Positions 36,268 to 50,230 are shown, numbered from the whole stretch's first letter. The stretch: 63,725 nt of DNA, filler included, from Octopus bimaculoides (GCF_001194135.2; 4 parts of 4 records of this genome joined end to end with filler, not necessarily neighbours in it), one strand, 5' to 3'. Numbers and translations: made by a program. The notes: generated from the sequence alone by a model not told the origin.

Positions 36268-37780
36268 CCTATCTTTAAGAGTTTGAAGGGGAAGCTCTTC
36301 AAAGCCTTTCATCGGTAGCCATGCTTTTGTTATTTATCAACACCTCCATCAGTTCAATGTTACTCTTTCAAGCATCAGTGAAGTTGATATGGTTTTCTTA
36401 TGTTTTGCTGTTGCTATTGTTGATCAAGAGACTGATTTTGTTTTTTTTTTAAATTTTTCTGAGATTGTGGTTGGGGTCATGTTTGTGATTTTTGTTTCAA
36501 AAATTTTTGTTGTTTTTGATTTTGTTGTTGCTGTTGAGATTTTGTTGGGGCTGTGGTTGTGTTGTGTCCTTAACAAGTGCGTATCATCCTTTTGAGTAAC
36601 CCTGCTTTCACTTTGGAGTGGTTGGTTCATCCTGACATTTTCTTCCATTTTTACAAACCTCTATAGTTTGATTTGCCATCTCAGCTTCCTTGTGGTGAGC
36701 TCCCTGTCCCAGATCTGTGGCAAATGAGGAATGGTGAGATTATGACTGTGTGCATATCTGTGTTTGTATTTTTATGTGATGAGTAGTAAGGGCATTGCTG
36801 CGAGGTTTTTGTGGGGGGGAGAGTTCTTGCTTTGAGAAATTTGTTGCTGTTGTAGAATTTGTTGTTCTTGCAGCTGCTGTTTCAGTAACTGTTGATTCAT
36901 TTTTTGCTAACGCCGTTGTTGCAGTTACTGTTATTGTTTATTTTGTTTCTGTTGCTACTGTTGTAGCTGTGGTAGTTCCTTTTTTTTCTTTTTTGGTACT
37001 TGCCGATGCTTTGGATGTGGGGTTGGTGGGTGTCCAGGATTTTTTCCACTTGTCTTTATTGTTGTGTTCAGAGAGCCTTCAAGTGGTTGGCATTGTCACA
37101 TGAGTAGCACTTTGGTCTTCTCCCTTCTATTGTAATATCTAGTTTTGTTCAAATTTTCTGGTTTAAATGGACAATAATTTTCAACTTTCAAAATAATTTT
37201 CAACTGAATTCTTGATGTTTTTCTGATGGTGCTTCTTAATTTCTAGAAGGGAGCTGACTCTCTTTAAAACGTTACCGCCCACCAGATGTCCAATTTGGGT
37301 GGCAAGTTTGAAATTTCTATCTTCATCACATGCACGTCCAACTATATCAGAATGAAGACAAAATTCTCACTCCTGCACAGGATGATAGAAAATATTTTCT
37401 GTTCATTGTGTGAAATCTAACCTTCACACAACTACATTGTCTGTCTTGTCAATATCACTCCAAATTCCTCTTAAGCATTTCTCTACATCGGCGTGGGTGG
37501 TTATTTCTACTCATTGGTTCCTAACCAACACACACCACTATACCATTGCTCTCCTTGTTTTTCCAAATGGTTTCATGGTGCCAGCACTGAAGCTTTTTTG
37601 TTTTTAAAATCAATGAGTTGTTACGTTTGTCTCAACATGCCATGTTTTTCATCTAGAAGCATCACTTTAATATTTTGGGTGACTCCTGCATAGGAGCTGG
37701 TCTGCTATGTGTTGCAGCTGCTAGAGGATCTACTGTCACAGAAATTGAGGTACTGGAGGTAGAACAAGTATTAATTGTAA
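36268..37780 (-). mobile_element. Decayed L1/Tx1-like LINE ORF1 and probable start of ORF2
   Basis: Minus: TSSYAGVT.., IEISNLPPKL, degenerate knuckle GRRPKCYSCDNANHLKALS at about 37070-37125, Q/T-rich tail, then SFPFKLLKIG (APE-like start) running into an N-gap; many stops. Confidence 0.6.
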
Positions 37781-38036
37781 GTTAACATGCAGTTTGGAGT
37801 CATAAAAAAGTGAAAGTAAATTGTACAAGAAATACTAATAGTGAAATCCCATAATTTCATAAACACAGGTACGTAGTTGTATTCATATCTTCTAGTGATA
37901 GCATAATCATTTCCAAAAAAAAGCAGCTAAGGTACAATGCTGCAACATAGTATATCTAACCACAAACACCAGTGAAAAGTCGCATGGATATGTTTGTTAT
38001 GTGATGGGTGGGCTTTGTCTGTTAGTTCAGGGTGTA

Positions 38037-39267
38037 CAAGGGGAAGTCAAAAATTATCCACATTTTCACCATTACATATCTCTATTATTGTCACACTACC
38101 TTCTGCACATGCATACTTATAGTTGGTACTATTGTGGTCACATGATCGAAGTTTGAGCCTGATCATGCCATTTTTCTTTCTGGCTTTACAGTGTAAGCAT
38201 GGCTGCTCCACTAGCAATGTTTACCAAAGTTTACCAATGTTTACAAAAATCAGTGATCTAATTTCTCTAGTGAGAAGATGTGTCAGGTGATAAAATTCAT
38301 CAGAAGCTTTTAGCACAATTGATTAATGGTTTCAACAGTCTGGATGGGCATGGCCATGTATGGACGTGCATTGTCATGCAACAACAAAACTTTCTTTGAC
38401 AATAAGCTTCGGCATTTGGTGCAAATTGCTGGCTTCAGTTTGTTGGTCAACAAAGCGCAGTATCTTGCACTGTTGATCATACACCCCTTTTCCAGGTAGT
38501 CTTCCAGTATAGGCCCATTTGAGTCCCCCAAAAGGGTTAGCATCACCTTTCCCATGAAAGACTGAGTCTTGAATTTCTTCGTTGCTGGCGAGCCACGATG
38601 TTTCCACTCCATACTCTGTCTTTTGGATTCTGCTTCATAATGATGGACGCACATTTCATCTCCTGTGACTATTCTGCTCAAAAATTCCTTGCTCTCATTA
38701 TTGTAGTGATCAAGTAAACATTGGCAGACCGCAAGGCATTTGCGCTTGTGCTCTGCAGTAAGCTCTCTTGGCACCCATCATACACAGACTTTATGGAAGC
38801 CAAGCTCATCGTGGATGATTTGATAAGCAGAACCATGACTAATCTGCAGAGAACAAGCTACCTCATTGATGAGAACTCACCACTTCACTATTACCATCTC
38901 TCCAGCTTGCTGAAACTTCTCGTCAGTGGTGGAGGTTGACAGGCATCCTGCTCTCTCTTCATGCATCATGCTTGTCCAGCCACTTTTAAACTTTTCAATC
39001 CACTCATACACACTTCTACGTGGTAGTACTCTGCCCCTGTATTATGCTAAAAGCCTCCAATGTATTTCAGCACCTGACACATCTTCTAACCAGAGAAATC
39101 GGCCATACTTACACTGTAAAACAGAAAGAGAAATGGTGCAGTCAGGCTTAAACTATGATCACATGACCACAATAGTACCAACTATAAGCACATATGCACA
39201 GAAGGCAGTTTGACAATAATTAAGATATGCTATGGCGAAAGTGCTGCTAATTTTTGACTTCCCCTTG
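38037..39267 (-). mobile_element. Mariner-like element built from two 5' ends (long TIRs), defective transposase
   Basis: Termini TA-CAAGGGGAAGTCAAAAATTA and its reverse complement; transposase WVPRELT..RIVTGDE..HYEAESKRQSMEW..LLHDNARPY on minus; left arm 38037-38328 mirrors right arm 39041-39267. Confidence 0.85.
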
Positions 39268-39731
39268 TGTGTGTGTATGTGTGTGTGTGTGTAGTGGTGG
39301 TGGTGGTGGTGGTGGTGGGAGGAGTACTATTTTGTTTGTTGTTAACATTATTTGGTTTTGTGTTTTGCCATCATGACAACGATGCCATTATCCATTTTTC
39401 AATTGTAACCTCAGGAATGCAAGGCTTTGCAAAAGAGAAGCAGTTCTTNNNNNNNNNNNNNNNNNNNNNNNNNNNNNNNNNNNNNNNNNNNNNNNNNNNN
39501 NNNNNNNNNNNNNNNNNNNNNNNNNNNNNNNNNNNNNNNNNNNNNNNNNNNNNNNNNNNNNNNNNNNNNNNNNNNNNNNNNNNNNNNNNNNNNNNNNNNN
39601 NNNNNNNNNNNNNNNNNNNNNNNNNNNNNNNNNNNNNNNNNNNNNNNNNNNNNNNNNNNNNNNNNNNNNNNNNNNNNNNNNNNNNNNNNNNNNNNNNNNN
39701 NNNNNNNNNNNNNNNNNNNNNNNNNNNNNNN

Positions 39732-39797
<66 letters not shown>

Positions 39798-39890
39798 GAT
39801 GATGACGATGATGATGATGATGATGACAATGACAACGACGACGACAACGACAGCGACGACGGCAGCGACAACAACAACAACAACATGCAA
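39732..39890 (+). repeat. Graded trinucleotide microsatellite (GAT)n > (GAC)n > (AAC)n
   Basis: Direct reading. Confidence 0.9.
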
Positions 39891-40649
39891 CAGTATGCAC
39901 TGTTAGTACTGACTTGATTTAAAGCTTTACTGTGAGTTTTATTGTCAAAAAAGTGGCAAAGTAATTAAATCACTTGACGTTGATCCTTATGAAGAATATA
40001 GATTTACCAGCTGTTAGAATAAGGAGATAAATAAAAGAGAACAGCATAACACAGCATTTGGTCTCTTATTACAAAACATTGAATTTTCTTATTGTTTATA
40101 ACATTGTTTTCCTGACAAGAACAAACTAATAAGAGAGTTGGCAAGAGAGTGATGAAAGATTTATATTAGGAAGGAGAAAATGATTAGCAGAAGTGTCAAG
40201 AGCTTGCATGAAACAAGGAAATAAAAGCAAAAATGGCATACTTTATGGCAATGTCTAAGTGGGAATGGATAACAACAACATAGAAGAAAGAGATAAGAAC
40301 ACTGGTTCCATTAAAAGAAAGGAACTATGTTCAAAGATAGTGAGGCTGTGGATTTGGTAACAGTGAGATAAAACTGAATACTGCATGGAAAATTATCTGC
40401 TACTCTACTCTTATCCAATAGAAGATGTTTACATCAAACTGCACAATACTGGTAATAAATACAGAAGAGTAAACAACCCTTGTGGATAGACGATATATAC
40501 CACATAGTTTGAATTAAAAGAATAAATCTGCAACATTAATCCCCTGGTTATAACAGGGATATGAATTTATTATTGTTGTTTTCAAGTTTCAGATAATCCC
40601 TGATCAAGCAGACATACAACCAAAGGCTTTCATGTTTTTAATTTAAGAA

Positions 40650-40785
40650 TGATGCCAGCAGTTTTGAAGGGAGGGAGCTAGTCAATTACATTGATCCTAG
40701 TTCTTGATTGCTACTTTATTTTATCAACTCCAGAAGGACAAAAGGTAATGTTGACCTTGGCAAGATTTGGACTGAATGTAAAGAT
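40650..40785 (-). mobile_element. Diverged SINE family B fragment
   Basis: ctactttattttatcaactccagaaggacaaaaggtaatgttgaccttggcaagattt resembles the family B body. Confidence 0.65.
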
Positions 40786-41997
40786 CTGGAAAAAATATTT
40801 CTTTTTCAGGTAATGTTCTTTCCTTTTTAAGTCAGTAGGTTGTGATATGACTGAGATCTGTTAAGTTGAGCAAATGTGTAAAGGCTCCTTCTTTAGGTTA
40901 TGTCAATTAATTTTATGTCACAGGTTTATTTTTTCTTGCTCTTTAAATACTAGACAAATTTAGTTGGAGAAAGCATATTACCAAATTAGGAATATTATTT
41001 TAACTATTTCAAAGCAATGAAAATCAAAATCCCCAGTATAAATTGAACTCACCTCACAGTGAATAAATACTGCAAAATCAACTCATGATAGTCAGTACCA
41101 AATACACTGTCTTCTTCATGAAACATTCAATGTCAAAACTACTGTGCATGAATTACTGCCAGAAGAAGGACTGTATAAGAAATATATAGATTTTATTGTG
41201 AAGGCATGGTCAATAATAAACAGTTGATCAAAATTAAACACAGTAAAAGCTTAAAAGCATATCAAGGAAATTTATCTCCTCAATATGTTTTTAAGCCTTT
41301 TAACAAAGTTAAAAATTTGAAGTGTTGGTTAGTTATTGTTGTTATTAAGCACCCAGGTCTCCAAAGATTGAGAAGACCTTTGATTAAAAGCAATTCTATA
41401 TATGTCAATCCCATCTTTTGTCATGTTTAGAACTACATTGATGTCTCCTTCTTTGTTTAGGTGAGATTTCAGGAAGATTTGGCTGTTATTTCTAGAAGGT
41501 TGGGTGATCACATAGAGCATCCCTCATTGGTTCTTCTGTGGGAGTGATCAGTTGATGTATGTGGCATAAGCCAGAAGTTGTGCAATAGAATTTGGAATTC
41601 CATACATAATTTCATGTTATTAAATGTTACCAGATAACTTTGGAGATTTCATTGAATGTTGTCACTGATGATTATAAGGTGGAGCAGATGATATAAAGGT
41701 TGAGTCATCTCATAAAAGTTGTTTGGCCACAAACCACAAACTTTTCATTAAGTTGTTGCTTTCATTAAAGTCATTCCTTTTTGTATATCTCAGACTACAT
41801 AATCTAATCTGTTCTCATTTTTAAAGACTGTGGTGTGTGATTTGAGGAAATTTAGCAGTTATTTCTAGCAAGTTGAATGATTGTGTATAGACAACTGTAT
41901 TAGCTCCAAAAGGTAAATATACATAAGACTAGTAAATGAGAGGTCATAAAGGATCAAGACCCAAAAGTATATGGAATTATGATGGATTAAATGTTAG

Positions 41998-42205
41998 TTT
42001 CGAATTTGGCACAAGGCCAGCAGTTTTGGGGAGAAGCCAAGTCAATTAAATTGACCCAAATGTTCAACTGGTACTTATTTTATCGACCCTGAAAGGATGA
42101 AAGGTAAAGTCAACCTTGGCAGAATTTGAACTCAGATAATAGAAATGGACAGAATGCTGCTAAGCATCTTGCCCAGCATGCTAATGATTCTGCCAGCTCA
42201 CCACC
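41998..42205 (-). mobile_element. SINE family B, full length, tail type B
   Basis: Head ggtggtgagctggcagaatcattagcatgctgggc..; tail ctggccttgtgccaaattcgaaa. Confidence 0.85.
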
Positions 42206-42950
42206 TTATATGATGAATTGAATGTTATAAGTAAATAGATTGAAAGACTAAGAAGATGGTGTTAACTTTACTTTAGTTCTATATGTTTTATAAAGGGTAA
42301 AATGTGTCTGAAAGGCTTGCAAACCCACTAGAAATGAAAATTGTGGAGTATGTAGTTCTGGTTTTCCATGACCATTCCTGCTTATTTAATGGTAAGCAGG
42401 AATTACATTTTTCAAGATACTTTTTTTTTTCTTTTCCTAGATAGCAAAGTGTGATTTGGGGGAGAGGTTGCTGTTATTTCTAATAGATTGAATGACCACG
42501 TGTAGGCTTACTTGTTGGCTCATGTATGAATCATTGTTAATGATTGCTTTAGAGATTTCTGAAAGAACTACACAACAACTCATTGCTGAAGAATCTTTTC
42601 TGATTCCTTCAATCGCACATGTTGTAACCCCAAAGGTACAGTTTTATTTTATGGAATATTTAATACCTTTTACTATAAACGATTGCTTGAAAGGTATCTA
42701 ATAATATATGAGGATTATTTGAAGAGGACCTTTTAATACATGGTTAATTGAAAAGTACCATTTCATCATTCTTTAACGTCTGCTTTCCCTGCTGGCAACA
42801 ATGAGAGATGTACCAGGTTCCAGTCTAATTTGGCTTGGTTTCTATGGCTGGATGCCCTTCCTAATGCCAACCAATTTACAGTGTGTGCTGAGTGCTTTTA
42901 ACATGGCTCTGGCATATTTGATAATTACTTGAAGAATACCTTCTAATATA

Positions 42951-44067
42951 TGAAGGTTGTACTAAAAGTAAGTCAAAAGTAAGAATAACTTCTTTATTAG
43001 CTGATAGAGGTCATTTACATTGCACATGTTAGTTGAGTAACTCTTCTTCTATAGTAACTCTTTGTCCTGTTCTTTTTCATTGCGGGCAAATAATGTGCTT
43101 CAAATAAAAGCAACATGGTTAGGTGTATAGACTGTGTGACATCTACTGAAGATTACAGTAAGGAATCTTCAGTAGAAGGAAATAATGCTATTGACAAGAG
43201 CAATATGCATAGATGGATGAAGGGAAAATTAGCATTGAAGACAAACCATGTAGCGGGAGACCATCAGTTGCAACCACTGATACAAATTGTCTATGAGCGA
43301 ATGGATTTGCATGGAGAGGTAAGTCACCAATTTTGAGCTTGCTGCCTGCTGGACTGTGGTCACAATGCCTTGCAGAAAATGATGAGAGACCTTGGGGATT
43401 GGAAAGTGAGATTGAAGACTCAATCTGTGGAATAATGTTTTACATCTCCTTCAATACCAAAACAGTTGAAGAACCAGCAATTGGCACTGAATGTTATGGT
43501 GATTGTTTTTATTTTGAGGCAGGCTGAGATTTTGAGAGAAGTGGATTCTCTTTATTTTTATTTTGTTTGTTTTTTGTGGAATGTGATTGTACTGTGATTT
43601 GTGAGTGGTGCATTGAGACATACAAAAAGGTTAGCAAAGCCTTTAGGACCAAGAGACCAAACAAGAATCTGAAAATGACCCGCATTCACCATAGCAATAA
43701 TTCATGTAATTGGTAAATTGAGCTGGTCAGTGGTTCTGTGGCCCTCTATCCACCATATAGCTTGGATCTACCATCCTCCGACTTCTACCTGTTTGATTCA
43801 AAGTAGAGCAGTCTTCAGAGGGAGAATGATTTGATGAAACAAAGGTGAAAGTGGTTGTGAAGAAGGGGCTGCATCAATGTACATCTGAATTTTCACAAAG
43901 AGGATTCAAGAGTTGCGTATAATGATGGTACAAATGCATTGCTTGCGATGGGCTTATGTTGGATAATACCTTTGAATAGAAGAAGAGTCACTCTGTCAAC
44001 GTGCAATGAAGAGACCAGGTAATAAAAATGTTATCCTCACTTTTGCCTTACTTCAGTGGAACCTTCA
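42951..44067 (+). mobile_element. Decayed full-length mariner-like transposon
   Basis: ~45-bp TIRs (tgaaggttgtactaaaagtaagtcaaaagtaagaataac and gttatcctcacttttgccttacttcagtggaaccttca); HTH remnant; YSPDL-like PPYSLDLPSSDFYLF at about 43750-43795. Confidence 0.75.
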
Positions 44068-44419
44068 TGTGATGATGTTTTTTTTTAAAGTACCATTTAA
44101 TATATGATTACTTGTAGTGATTATCATACATACTTGTAGTAGTCACTGTATATTACATGAAATATGTGATGACTACTTGAAGAGTAACTTTTAATTTATG
44201 ATGTTCATTTGAATGGCACTTTGCAGACTGATATCTGTTCAGTTGTTTAAATAGTTGCAGTGACATCTGAAATTTTTAATTCTATTTTCTCTCTGATGTG
44301 CTGAACAGCAAATTATTAGAGTATCTCATTAAGACACATGATGAAAGGATATATGTAGTTAAGATTTAAATATTAATTATATCAAACATTATAAGCACTA
44401 ATTTGACTCATCATCATCC

Positions 44420-44469
<50 letters not shown>

Positions 44470-44479
<10 letters not shown>

Positions 44480-46025
44480 CATTGTTATTAATAGCAAGAA
44501 TGTGCAGAAAATAGACTTTTTCAAATGTCCAGGGGTTATCCTTAGAAGTTTCTGTTACCCAGACAATCAAGTTAGCAGTAGAAGAAGATGCTCTGTAGTT
44601 GCTAGAATAAGAATGGGCTGGGTAAAGTTCAGAGAGCTACTACCTTTGTTGGTAACAAAGGGTTTTTTCCTCAAAGTGAAAAGCAGATTGTATGATGCCT
44701 ATGTATGAGCAGCCATGCTACATGGCAGTGAAATATGGGCTGTGACTACAGAGGATATGTGAAGGCTTGAAAGAGATGAAGCCCGTATGATGCTCTGCTG
44801 GATAAGAGTGTAAATGATTTGAAAGAAAAATTGGGTATACGAGACATCAGATGTAATGTGCAAGAGAGAGGACTGTCTTGGTTTGGTCATGTGATGAATA
44901 TGGAAGAAGACGGCTGCATAAAGAAGTGCCAGTCTTTAACTGTAGAGAGACCCCGTAACAGGGGAAAACCAAAGAAGATGTGAGATGAAGTAGTCAGAAA
45001 TGATCTTTGGATGTTAAACCTCACATAGATGAGATCTCAAGGGGCTGAGACCTCTGGCAATTTACTGTAATTCAGAAGACATGTCAAGTTAAGTGAAATC
45101 GTGGCCATCCACATGTACAAGCATGTTCTTTACAATGATGCCCCCCCCCCATACACACATAACCTGTCCTCACACACACACACACACATAATCTGTCCTC
45201 AAAACGCCCCCTACAACCCATCTTCCCAGAACTGATGATAGTGTCACTAAGGGAACTCAAAGAGGGCTTTGTTTGCTGTGAAATACCAGTAAGACTGTTC
45301 CATCCGATATCCATGACCACCACCCATTGCAGACCTCTCCACTCTCTCTCACATGCCTATCCACACACTCTCTATGCCCTAACATATCTACTACCCCCCC
45401 CCCTTCTCAGCCACTCCAATTTCTCTCACCATCACTTGCTGGAGTCATGTCTTCCCCATCTCTAAACATCTCTCCTCATACTCTTACAGAACATCCCTCT
45501 CTGTCTCCTCTGTACTATGTATACTCCACTGTTCCCTTTGGGTAGCCCCCCACCATACATCTCCAACACCATCTATTTCTCTCTCTCTCTCTCATTCTGA
45601 CTGTCTCTCTAACTTCCTCTCTAACACTCTCTTCCTTTCCTCTCCTTCCCTGTTCTTCTGGGGTAGCCAAGTATCTCCTCTATAGTAAGACAACTATCTC
45701 TGTCTCTCTGTTATACTCTAACCTCTCTCCTGGTTCATTGCCACTTCCCCTGGTTCCACTCCCCACCTCAGCTGAGAAGTTTTTGTCTTCCAAACTACTT
45801 GCTGACTCTGCTGGTATCACTTAAAAAGCACCTGTACTAGTGCCACATAAAAAGCACCTGTGCTGGCACCATGTACAAAGTATCTAGTACACTTTGTAAA
45901 GGGGTTGGCTTAAGGAAGGGCATCCAGCTATAGAAACCCTGCCAAAACTTGTGTAGCTTTCCAGCTTGCCAGCTCCAGTTGAACTGTCCAACCCCTGCCA
46001 ACATGGGAAAGAGATGTTGCCTGGT
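44470..46025 (+). mobile_element. 5'-truncated RTE (BovB-like) LINE: RT C-terminus and 3' UTR with (GAT)n tail
   Basis: FCYPDNQVSSRRRCSVVARIRMGWVKFRELLPLLVTKGFFLKVKSRLYDAYV*AAMLHGSEIWAVT; tail ggaagggcatccagct..ccaacccctgccaacatgg followed by (GAT/GGT)n to 46177. Confidence 0.8.
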
Positions 46026-46027
46026 GG

Positions 46028-46088
<61 letters not shown>

Positions 46089-46177
46089 GATGGTGGTGAT
46101 GATGATGATGATGGTGGTGATGATGATGATGATGATGATGATGGTGATGATGATGGTGGTGATGATGATGATGATGA

Positions 46178-46277
46178 NNNNNNNNNNNNNNNNNNNNNNN
46201 NNNNNNNNNNNNNNNNNNNNNTTAATTAATTAANNNNNNNNNNNNNNNNNNNNNNNNNNNNNNNNNNNNNNNNNNNN
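46178..46277. other. Artificial scaffold spacer 44N-TTAATTAATTAA-44N
   Basis: As at 24920-25019. Confidence 0.95.
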
Positions 46278-47358
46278 AGAAGAAAGGTTAATGAATACAT
46301 ACTGAACAGCACAGCAACGAACTCAATAACAAATGTGAGTTACGATTTGTTATATTACTGAATTTCATCAAGGGGTCATAAACACTCTTCAGTTATTATT
46401 TATTTATATCACTATGGCTCATACTATGAATGCTGAATAATATTTTTTAAAACCTCTGCATACAAAATGTATGATAGCAGAATAGGGCATCGCACATTAG
46501 TAAGAGCTAGTTGAGCTGGGTTCAGAGCTCATCTAGAAATTGTGATGATATAGCATAGTTAAGATTTTCATAAATCCACATGAATCAGTAAAAGCATACA
46601 TGAAGAGAAAAACTTTATTTATTTACACTTCCAAATCTATTGTAAACAGTCTGCTCTCGGATTTTAATATAATGTGTGAAAGTTTCCGTAAATGTTTATT
46701 ATTGCCGGGTTGTGGTTTTGGAGCGATATCTGAGCTTCCTAAGTAAACTTGCAAAACTGATGCGAACTTGTTTTGAAGAACGTTGTGTAGACATCTGCGT
46801 AGGAAGACGCAATTAGAACAATAAAGGTACTTCATGAAAGGTACGCCGTGTTTCCGCTGATTACATCAGTCTACAATCATGCGCTTTGATGACTCACACC
46901 CAATAGTAGAGTATACAATCAGTATGTCCCGTAGAAAACAGTCAACCTAAGTTCGAGACATGAACTTTCAATAAAGTTTGTATGTGTTATTGAATTCTAG
47001 TGTAGGGAATCATCGACTATGAGAAAAGCTTGTTGAATTTTGACTGTTAAATTGTAGTTGAAATGACTTCGAAAGAGATAGAGGGTAATTTTTATAATAT
47101 GCTTTTTTTACCCAATTATCTACGTTTTCTACAAAGTTTAAACTGACCTCAGAAGTTCATGGTTATGTTTATGTTATTTTCCTACATGTATTATCCGCAG
47201 TCCGAACGCATCCTCTTTCGTTTGTGTAATTTTACATAGGTCTTCAAATAATTCGATCAAAGAGCTGAAAGGCTTTCTATTTAAACATTCTGTCTAGACA
47301 TCATCTTTCCCTTTCCTTTTTCTCTTCGCTTTTGCCTTTTTCTGTACATCCTGTCCAC

Positions 47359-47526
47359 TCATTTATACCTCGGCAGCTTCTTGCTTTTGTCGTCGCCAAG
47401 TTCAACAATATCTTCAATAAAGCGTGGAAATTGCGCTGTTTTCGGGTCTGTAACTGTTGATGGATGAGCATTTTCACGTTCATTGACTGTTTCTTTTTGG
47501 TTTCCGTATGCTCCTTTGCCGTCCTG
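47359..47526 (-). CDS. Candidate terminal exon, product unknown
   Basis: Open frame QDGKGAYGNQKETVNERENAHPSTVTDPKTAQFPRFIEDIVELGDDKSKKLPRYK*; the acceptor (atagcacag) lacks a pyrimidine tract. Confidence 0.25.
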   Translation of the reverse strand, partial: QDGKGAYGNQKETVNERENAHPSTVTDPKTAQFPRFIEDIVELGDDKSKKLPRYK

Positions 47527-47711
47527 CTGTGCTATATTTTATTTGTACAAGCATGTGTGTGTGTGTGTGTACGGGTGGTATATGTGCGTGTGTCTGTACA
47601 TATAGGTATGTTTATATAGATGTGTGTGCGTGTGTGTGTGTGCATGAGAGTCGTGTTAATTTATTCATAACGTGTAAATGATGAAGTGTAAACTCATTAT
47701 CCCTCTTACAA

Positions 47712-47930
47712 AGGCGTCGAGCTGACACAACCATTAGCACGCCAAGAAAGATGCGTAGCGGCATTTCGTCCGTCTTTCGTTCTGAGTTCAAATTCTACGG
47801 AGATCGACTTTGCCTTTCATCCTTTCGGGGTTGATAAAAAAAAGTACTTGTTGAGCACTGGTGTCATTGTAATCGACTTACACTCTCTCGCGGACTTGGT
47901 GGCTTTGTACCAAAATTTGAAATTGTTATT
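47712..47930 (+). mobile_element. SINE family B, tail type B
   Basis: aaggcgtcgagctgac..gttctgagttcaaattctacggagatcgactttgcc..ggctttgtaccaaaatttgaaa. Confidence 0.85.
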
Positions 47931-48479
47931 CCTCTCTCAATATGGGTAGCGCAGATTGATGTTTTCTTGAAGGTTTGTTTTCCATCTAGGTTGCTTCAAT
48001 TTAGTAGTTCATTACCAGGAATACTACAGATGCTTTGAAAATGTTAAATGCTAATAACTTTTTAATTATGGATTTATAGGGAAAATGAATTTTATTTTCA
48101 TAATTAGTGTACAAAACTTAATCCATTTACCAAATTTAAAAACAACTGGAACAAAACTGTAAGCAGTGATGAAAACCAAAGATCCGTAAACACTTAACAG
48201 GTTATAACCGATCACCATCGAAATCACATATTATCTCGTTATCTCTCGTGTCATATGAGAACTGGGTAAAATTTATTGGCTATATTTGATGTTGTATGAG
48301 ATTGTACGTGTAATTGTACAGGGGAAGTAAGTGGGTTTTTTTCTCAAAACATCCATCCCACTATCTTTACACACACATAGACACTCACATACGCACATGC
48401 ACACACACATCTATGTATATATCAGTATTTCACAATATTGACCAGTCCATTAAATGTATTTCACAGCTGGTCACAATAC

Positions 48480-48720
48480 GCTTCCTCAGGTTATTGTGGC
48501 CTTCTGACGATGCCACTCAGCTGAGCAGGAGAACAGGCTAAGGTCTCTCGGTTTCAACGGAACTCCAGTCAGTCTCAGAATTACCAATTTCCAGCTGAAG
48601 GCAGAGGAATAATGTGAAATGAAGTGTTTTGCCGAGAATACATCGCACTGACGATCCAGGAACCGAAACCACGATTTCGCGATCGTGAATGCAACTAAAC
48701 ATTTGGACACGCGCCTCCCC
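48480..48720 (-). mobile_element. tRNA-derived SINE family C; second fragment at 60685-60795
   Basis: Minus head ggggaggcgcgtg..cacgatcgcgaaatcgtggtttcggttcctgga..ggcaaaacacttcatttcaca; matching block at 60715-60760. Confidence 0.7.
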
Positions 48721-49480
48721 CCTACACACAGACTTACACGCATACACGCTCACACATACATGTATATGAGAGAGAGAGAGAGAGAGTAGTGAGAGGTGCC
48801 AATATAATATACTTAACACCTCTTCCAACTTGCATTTCTCCCTGGAAACATTCTTAACGACTCATATTTTGCCGATTCCTTTAAATCCGCCCCACCCTGC
48901 TGTCATTCATTCTAATAGTCGTGTCAGTTTTGTTTTTATTTACTTATTCATTTATCTCTCTCTACCCTTATTCGCTACTAATCCCCAAATCCCTCATCTG
49001 CTATTTCTCTGCTGAATATTTCCTGTCGAATTCTTCCATTGTATTCTTTGACAATTCTAATCCCCATCCTGCTTCATTCACTCCAATTCATTTCCCCTCC
49101 CTCACCCTACCCTCTCCTTACCACATCATCCTTCCTTTCCACTTTCCTATTTATCTTTTTCATATTGTTCCTGTTTTATTCTTTTCACTCCTTTCTTTCC
49201 TTTTGGGTCATCTTCCTTCCCTCTCGTTTATTTTCACTCTTTTTTCTATATATTGTTTTTTTCCCCATTTCTGTACAGTATCTCCATCACAACACCCTAT
49301 AGCACTAAAACTATATATAGATGTGCAAATTCTATCCATTTTCAGTTATATCTTGCCAGGAAATCCTGTGCACCTACAGGTGAAACTTGGAGATTGTAAG
49401 AAACAAGAGACTAATTCGATGAAAATAATGCACGTAACACACACACACACACACATAAGTATATATTTTAGAGAGAGGGC

Positions 49481-49708
49481 GGGCAATGAGCTGTCAGAAT
49501 CGTTAGCACGCCGGACGAAATGCCTAGCGGTATTTCGTCTGCCGTGTCGTTCTGAGTTCAAATTTCGCCGAAGTCAATTTTGTCTTTCATTCTTTCGGGG
49601 TCGACTAAATAAGTACCAGTTACACACTTGGGTCGATGTAATCTACTTAATCCGTTTGTCTTTGTTTGTCCTCTCTACGTTTAGCCCCCCTGGGGGCAAT
49701 AAAGAAAT
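49481..49708 (+). mobile_element. SINE family B, tail type A (Tx1-like)
   Basis: Full body; ends gtcctctctacgtttagcccccctgggggcaataaagaaa. Confidence 0.88.
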
Positions 49709-49789
49709 ATGTATATGAGAGAGGAGTAAATGTAAGGAAAAGCAAGTTAAGAAATCGATATTCATTAAATATTAAATACGTTTAATAAA

Positions 49790-50230
49790 CCAAGTGATGA
49801 TGTCTCCAGTGCAATTCCTATGTTGGAGCTCAACGTTGGTTCTAAAGAGGGATAGAATACGGTCAATGATGCATTTATTCATTCGACCTAGGTTGGATTT
49901 GATGGGACAGGCGAGTCTAATGGAAGGCTTAGCGTAGAAGTTAGGCTTGTGGTCCTTCAGGGTGAAGTAGTTGGGGTTAGGTGTATATGGCTCAATTTAA
50001 TTATGTAAATTTAGATCAGCGATGAGTTTACAATGGATATTATTAATCTCCTTAAGAGCATATCTATGTGAATGTTTATAATTTGTGTTTAGTTCCTTTG
50101 ATATGAGATTAGTATATATTTCTAAGCTGAAGGGAGTAAAGATTGCCAGATTTGTCAGAATAGACGTGCAGGTGAGCTGAAAAGTATAGAAGCACATCTT
50201 CCCTGGGTGGGCATGAACTACCAAACTTTC
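49790..50230 (-). mobile_element. Penelope-like element reverse transcriptase fragment
   Basis: Minus: DKSGNLY..; YFTLKDHKPNFYAKPSIRLACPIKSNLGRMNKCIIDRIL matches the PLE RT motif T-L-K-D-H-K-x-N-F..R-L-I-N-P. Confidence 0.8.

Noticed and set aside
41008-41135. Minus-strand exon ending at a perfect AG|GTGAGT donor
   Set aside because: No acceptor with a pyrimidine tract gives an open frame of useful length.
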